Assembly (NCBI GenBank): GCA_965199495.1
Contig: CBDASK010000003.1
Location: 1,792,001 to 1,856,000 of the forward strand
Length of the DNA stretch: 64,000 bases
Direction of reading: 5' to 3'
Source of the DNA: Abditibacterium sp.
GTDB taxonomy: Bacteria > Armatimonadota > Abditibacteriia > Abditibacteriales > Abditibacteriaceae
The notes beneath the pieces are model-generated. The model saw only the letters and a program-made list of their open reading frames with translations, searched no databases and had not been told where the DNA came from. Of this stretch, positions 62,716 to 64,000 are shown piece after piece; within the stretch, counting starts at the first letter, position 1; the number at the start of each line of letters is the position of its first letter. The position numbers and the translations under genes are program-made.

Positions 62716-63918
62716 TTAATCGCTTTCGCTCTGGCGCTTTTTCTCTTCGCCCTTCAACAGTTCGTGCGCCGCGCGCATATAATCGGGAATTCGAGCGGCA
62801 AACGGACTGCTTTTGAGTTGGGCGCCCAAAGTTTCCCAGCCGCGTTCGTCCAGAACTTTGACGTTTTCGCCGGGAAACCAATGGCCCGCGTTGCCCAGCA
62901 GGTTGTAGCGCATTTTGCCCCACTCGACCAAATCCAGACTTTTGGCGTAAAGATACAAACGCAAAATTTCGCGCACGTTGACATCGCCGACCAAGTCGTA
63001 ATGTTCGGGCAAATTTTCGTTCCAATTTTGGCACCATTCGGCGCCAAACTCGCGCTCCATTTCGGCGCGCAAACGCGTTTCAATCGGCGCGATTGTCGCC
63101 GCGATATCGTCGTAGAATTCGAGCGCGTCAACGTGCGCATCGAAATCGGACGGACGCGCGGCGCCAATTGACAAAGTGTGAACTTCGGGTTTGTTCAGGC
63201 ACCACAAATCGTTGAAACCCATCGGCGTGAGCGGCTCGCAGAGTTCTTCCATTTTGCGCGGTGGCTCGAACAATTTGCCGCCTTTTTCCGACGGCGAAAT
63301 GATAAACACGCCCATGTCGTGGCGCGTGGCTGCTTCAATCGAGGGCCAATTTAATTCGTTGACGAAATAATAGTGCAGGTTGACGTAATCGAATTCGCCG
63401 GTTTCATTGGCCGTCGTAATCATCCGTTCCGAGCCGTGCGTCGAGTAGCCGACGAAACGCACGCGGCCTTCGCGTTGCAACTGGCGCGCGACTTCCATGC
63501 AGCCACCGCGCAGCAAAACTTGATCGGTCAATTCCTGCGTGTTGATGCCGTGAAACGACAACAAATCGACGTAATCGAGTTTCAGATAATCCATCGATTT
63601 CTCGAAGGTTTTCAAGAACTCTTTCGGGTCTTCGTTTGGCCCGACTTTGGTCTGGATAATCATCTTCTCGCGCGGCAACTTGGGCAAAATCCAGCCCAAC
63701 TGCATCTCGGACGAACCGTAGCCACGCGCCGTCTCGATGTGGTTGATGCCCAGTTCGAGAGCGCGATGAATCGTCTGTTCGAGATTTTCCTGCTGTGCGG
63801 CTTCGATTTCGTCGGGTGCGAGGTCTTTCCACGCTTGTTGGTAGCGCATTCCGCCACAGGAAAAGACGGGCATTTGCAGTTCGGTGCGCCCAAAACGGCG
63901 ATATTTCATGTTCGACAT
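62716..63918 (-). CDS. Aldo/keto reductase family protein
   Basis: YRRFGRTEL, GINHIETARGYG, IIQTKV and GYSTHG motifs. Confidence 0.9.
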   Translation of the reverse strand: MSNMKYRRFGRTELQMPVFSCGGMRYQQAWKDLAPDEIEAAQQENLEQTIHRALELGINHIETARGYGSSEMQLGWILPKLPREKMIIQTKVGPNEDPKEFLKTFEKSMDYLKLDYVDLLSFHGINTQELTDQVLLRGGCMEVARQLQREGRVRFVGYSTHGSERMITTANETGEFDYVNLHYYFVNELNWPSIEAATRHDMGVFIISPSEKGGKLFEPPRKMEELCEPLTPMGFNDLWCLNKPEVHTLSIGAARPSDFDAHVDALEFYDDIAATIAPIETRLRAEMEREFGAEWCQNWNENLPEHYDLVGDVNVREILRLYLYAKSLDLVEWGKMRYNLLGNAGHWFPGENVKVLDERGWETLGAQLKSSPFAARIPDYMRAAHELLKGEEKKRQSESD

Positions 63919-64000
63919 AAAGTGGATGAGAAGTATAAAGAAACCAAGAGAGTGCCCAGCCTATTTTTGACCTTTCTTTCTGGCATTGGAATCGCAGTTT

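Overview
Bacterial chromosomal window of moderately high GC. The DUF1559/H-X9-DG prepilin-like paralogs suggest Abditibacteriota or an Armatimonadota relative (inference). Gene content: translation and housekeeping genes (stand-alone fusA, hisD, frr, uppS, ABC-F, RsmB-like, speD), an araA-dehydrogenase-araB-araD operon, a MarR-MFS-DHA2 efflux unit, glycan enzymes, a GGDEF/EAL protein, toxin-antitoxin-like modules, an orphan DNA methyltransferase and three paralogous secreted repeat proteins. Main non-routine observations: (1) a 23S-5S rRNA unit with its own tandem promoters and no linked 16S; (2) a 299-nt ORF-less group I intron in the 23S peptidyl-transferase centre after U2500; (3) the 9-mer GCAGCCACG, about 27 exact copies by manual count, on both strands and in several reading frames, resembling a DNA uptake sequence or HIP1; (4) several families of palindromic REP/MITE-like elements, one inserted in-frame inside the RsmB-like gene; (5) a long structured leader with a 5-codon uORF upstream of speD; (6) a HicB-like/EcsC-like/TerB-like fusion gene cluster; (7) two genes broken by single-base lesions. 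No CRISPR array, tRNA or transposase was recognised. All counts and pairings were done by eye.
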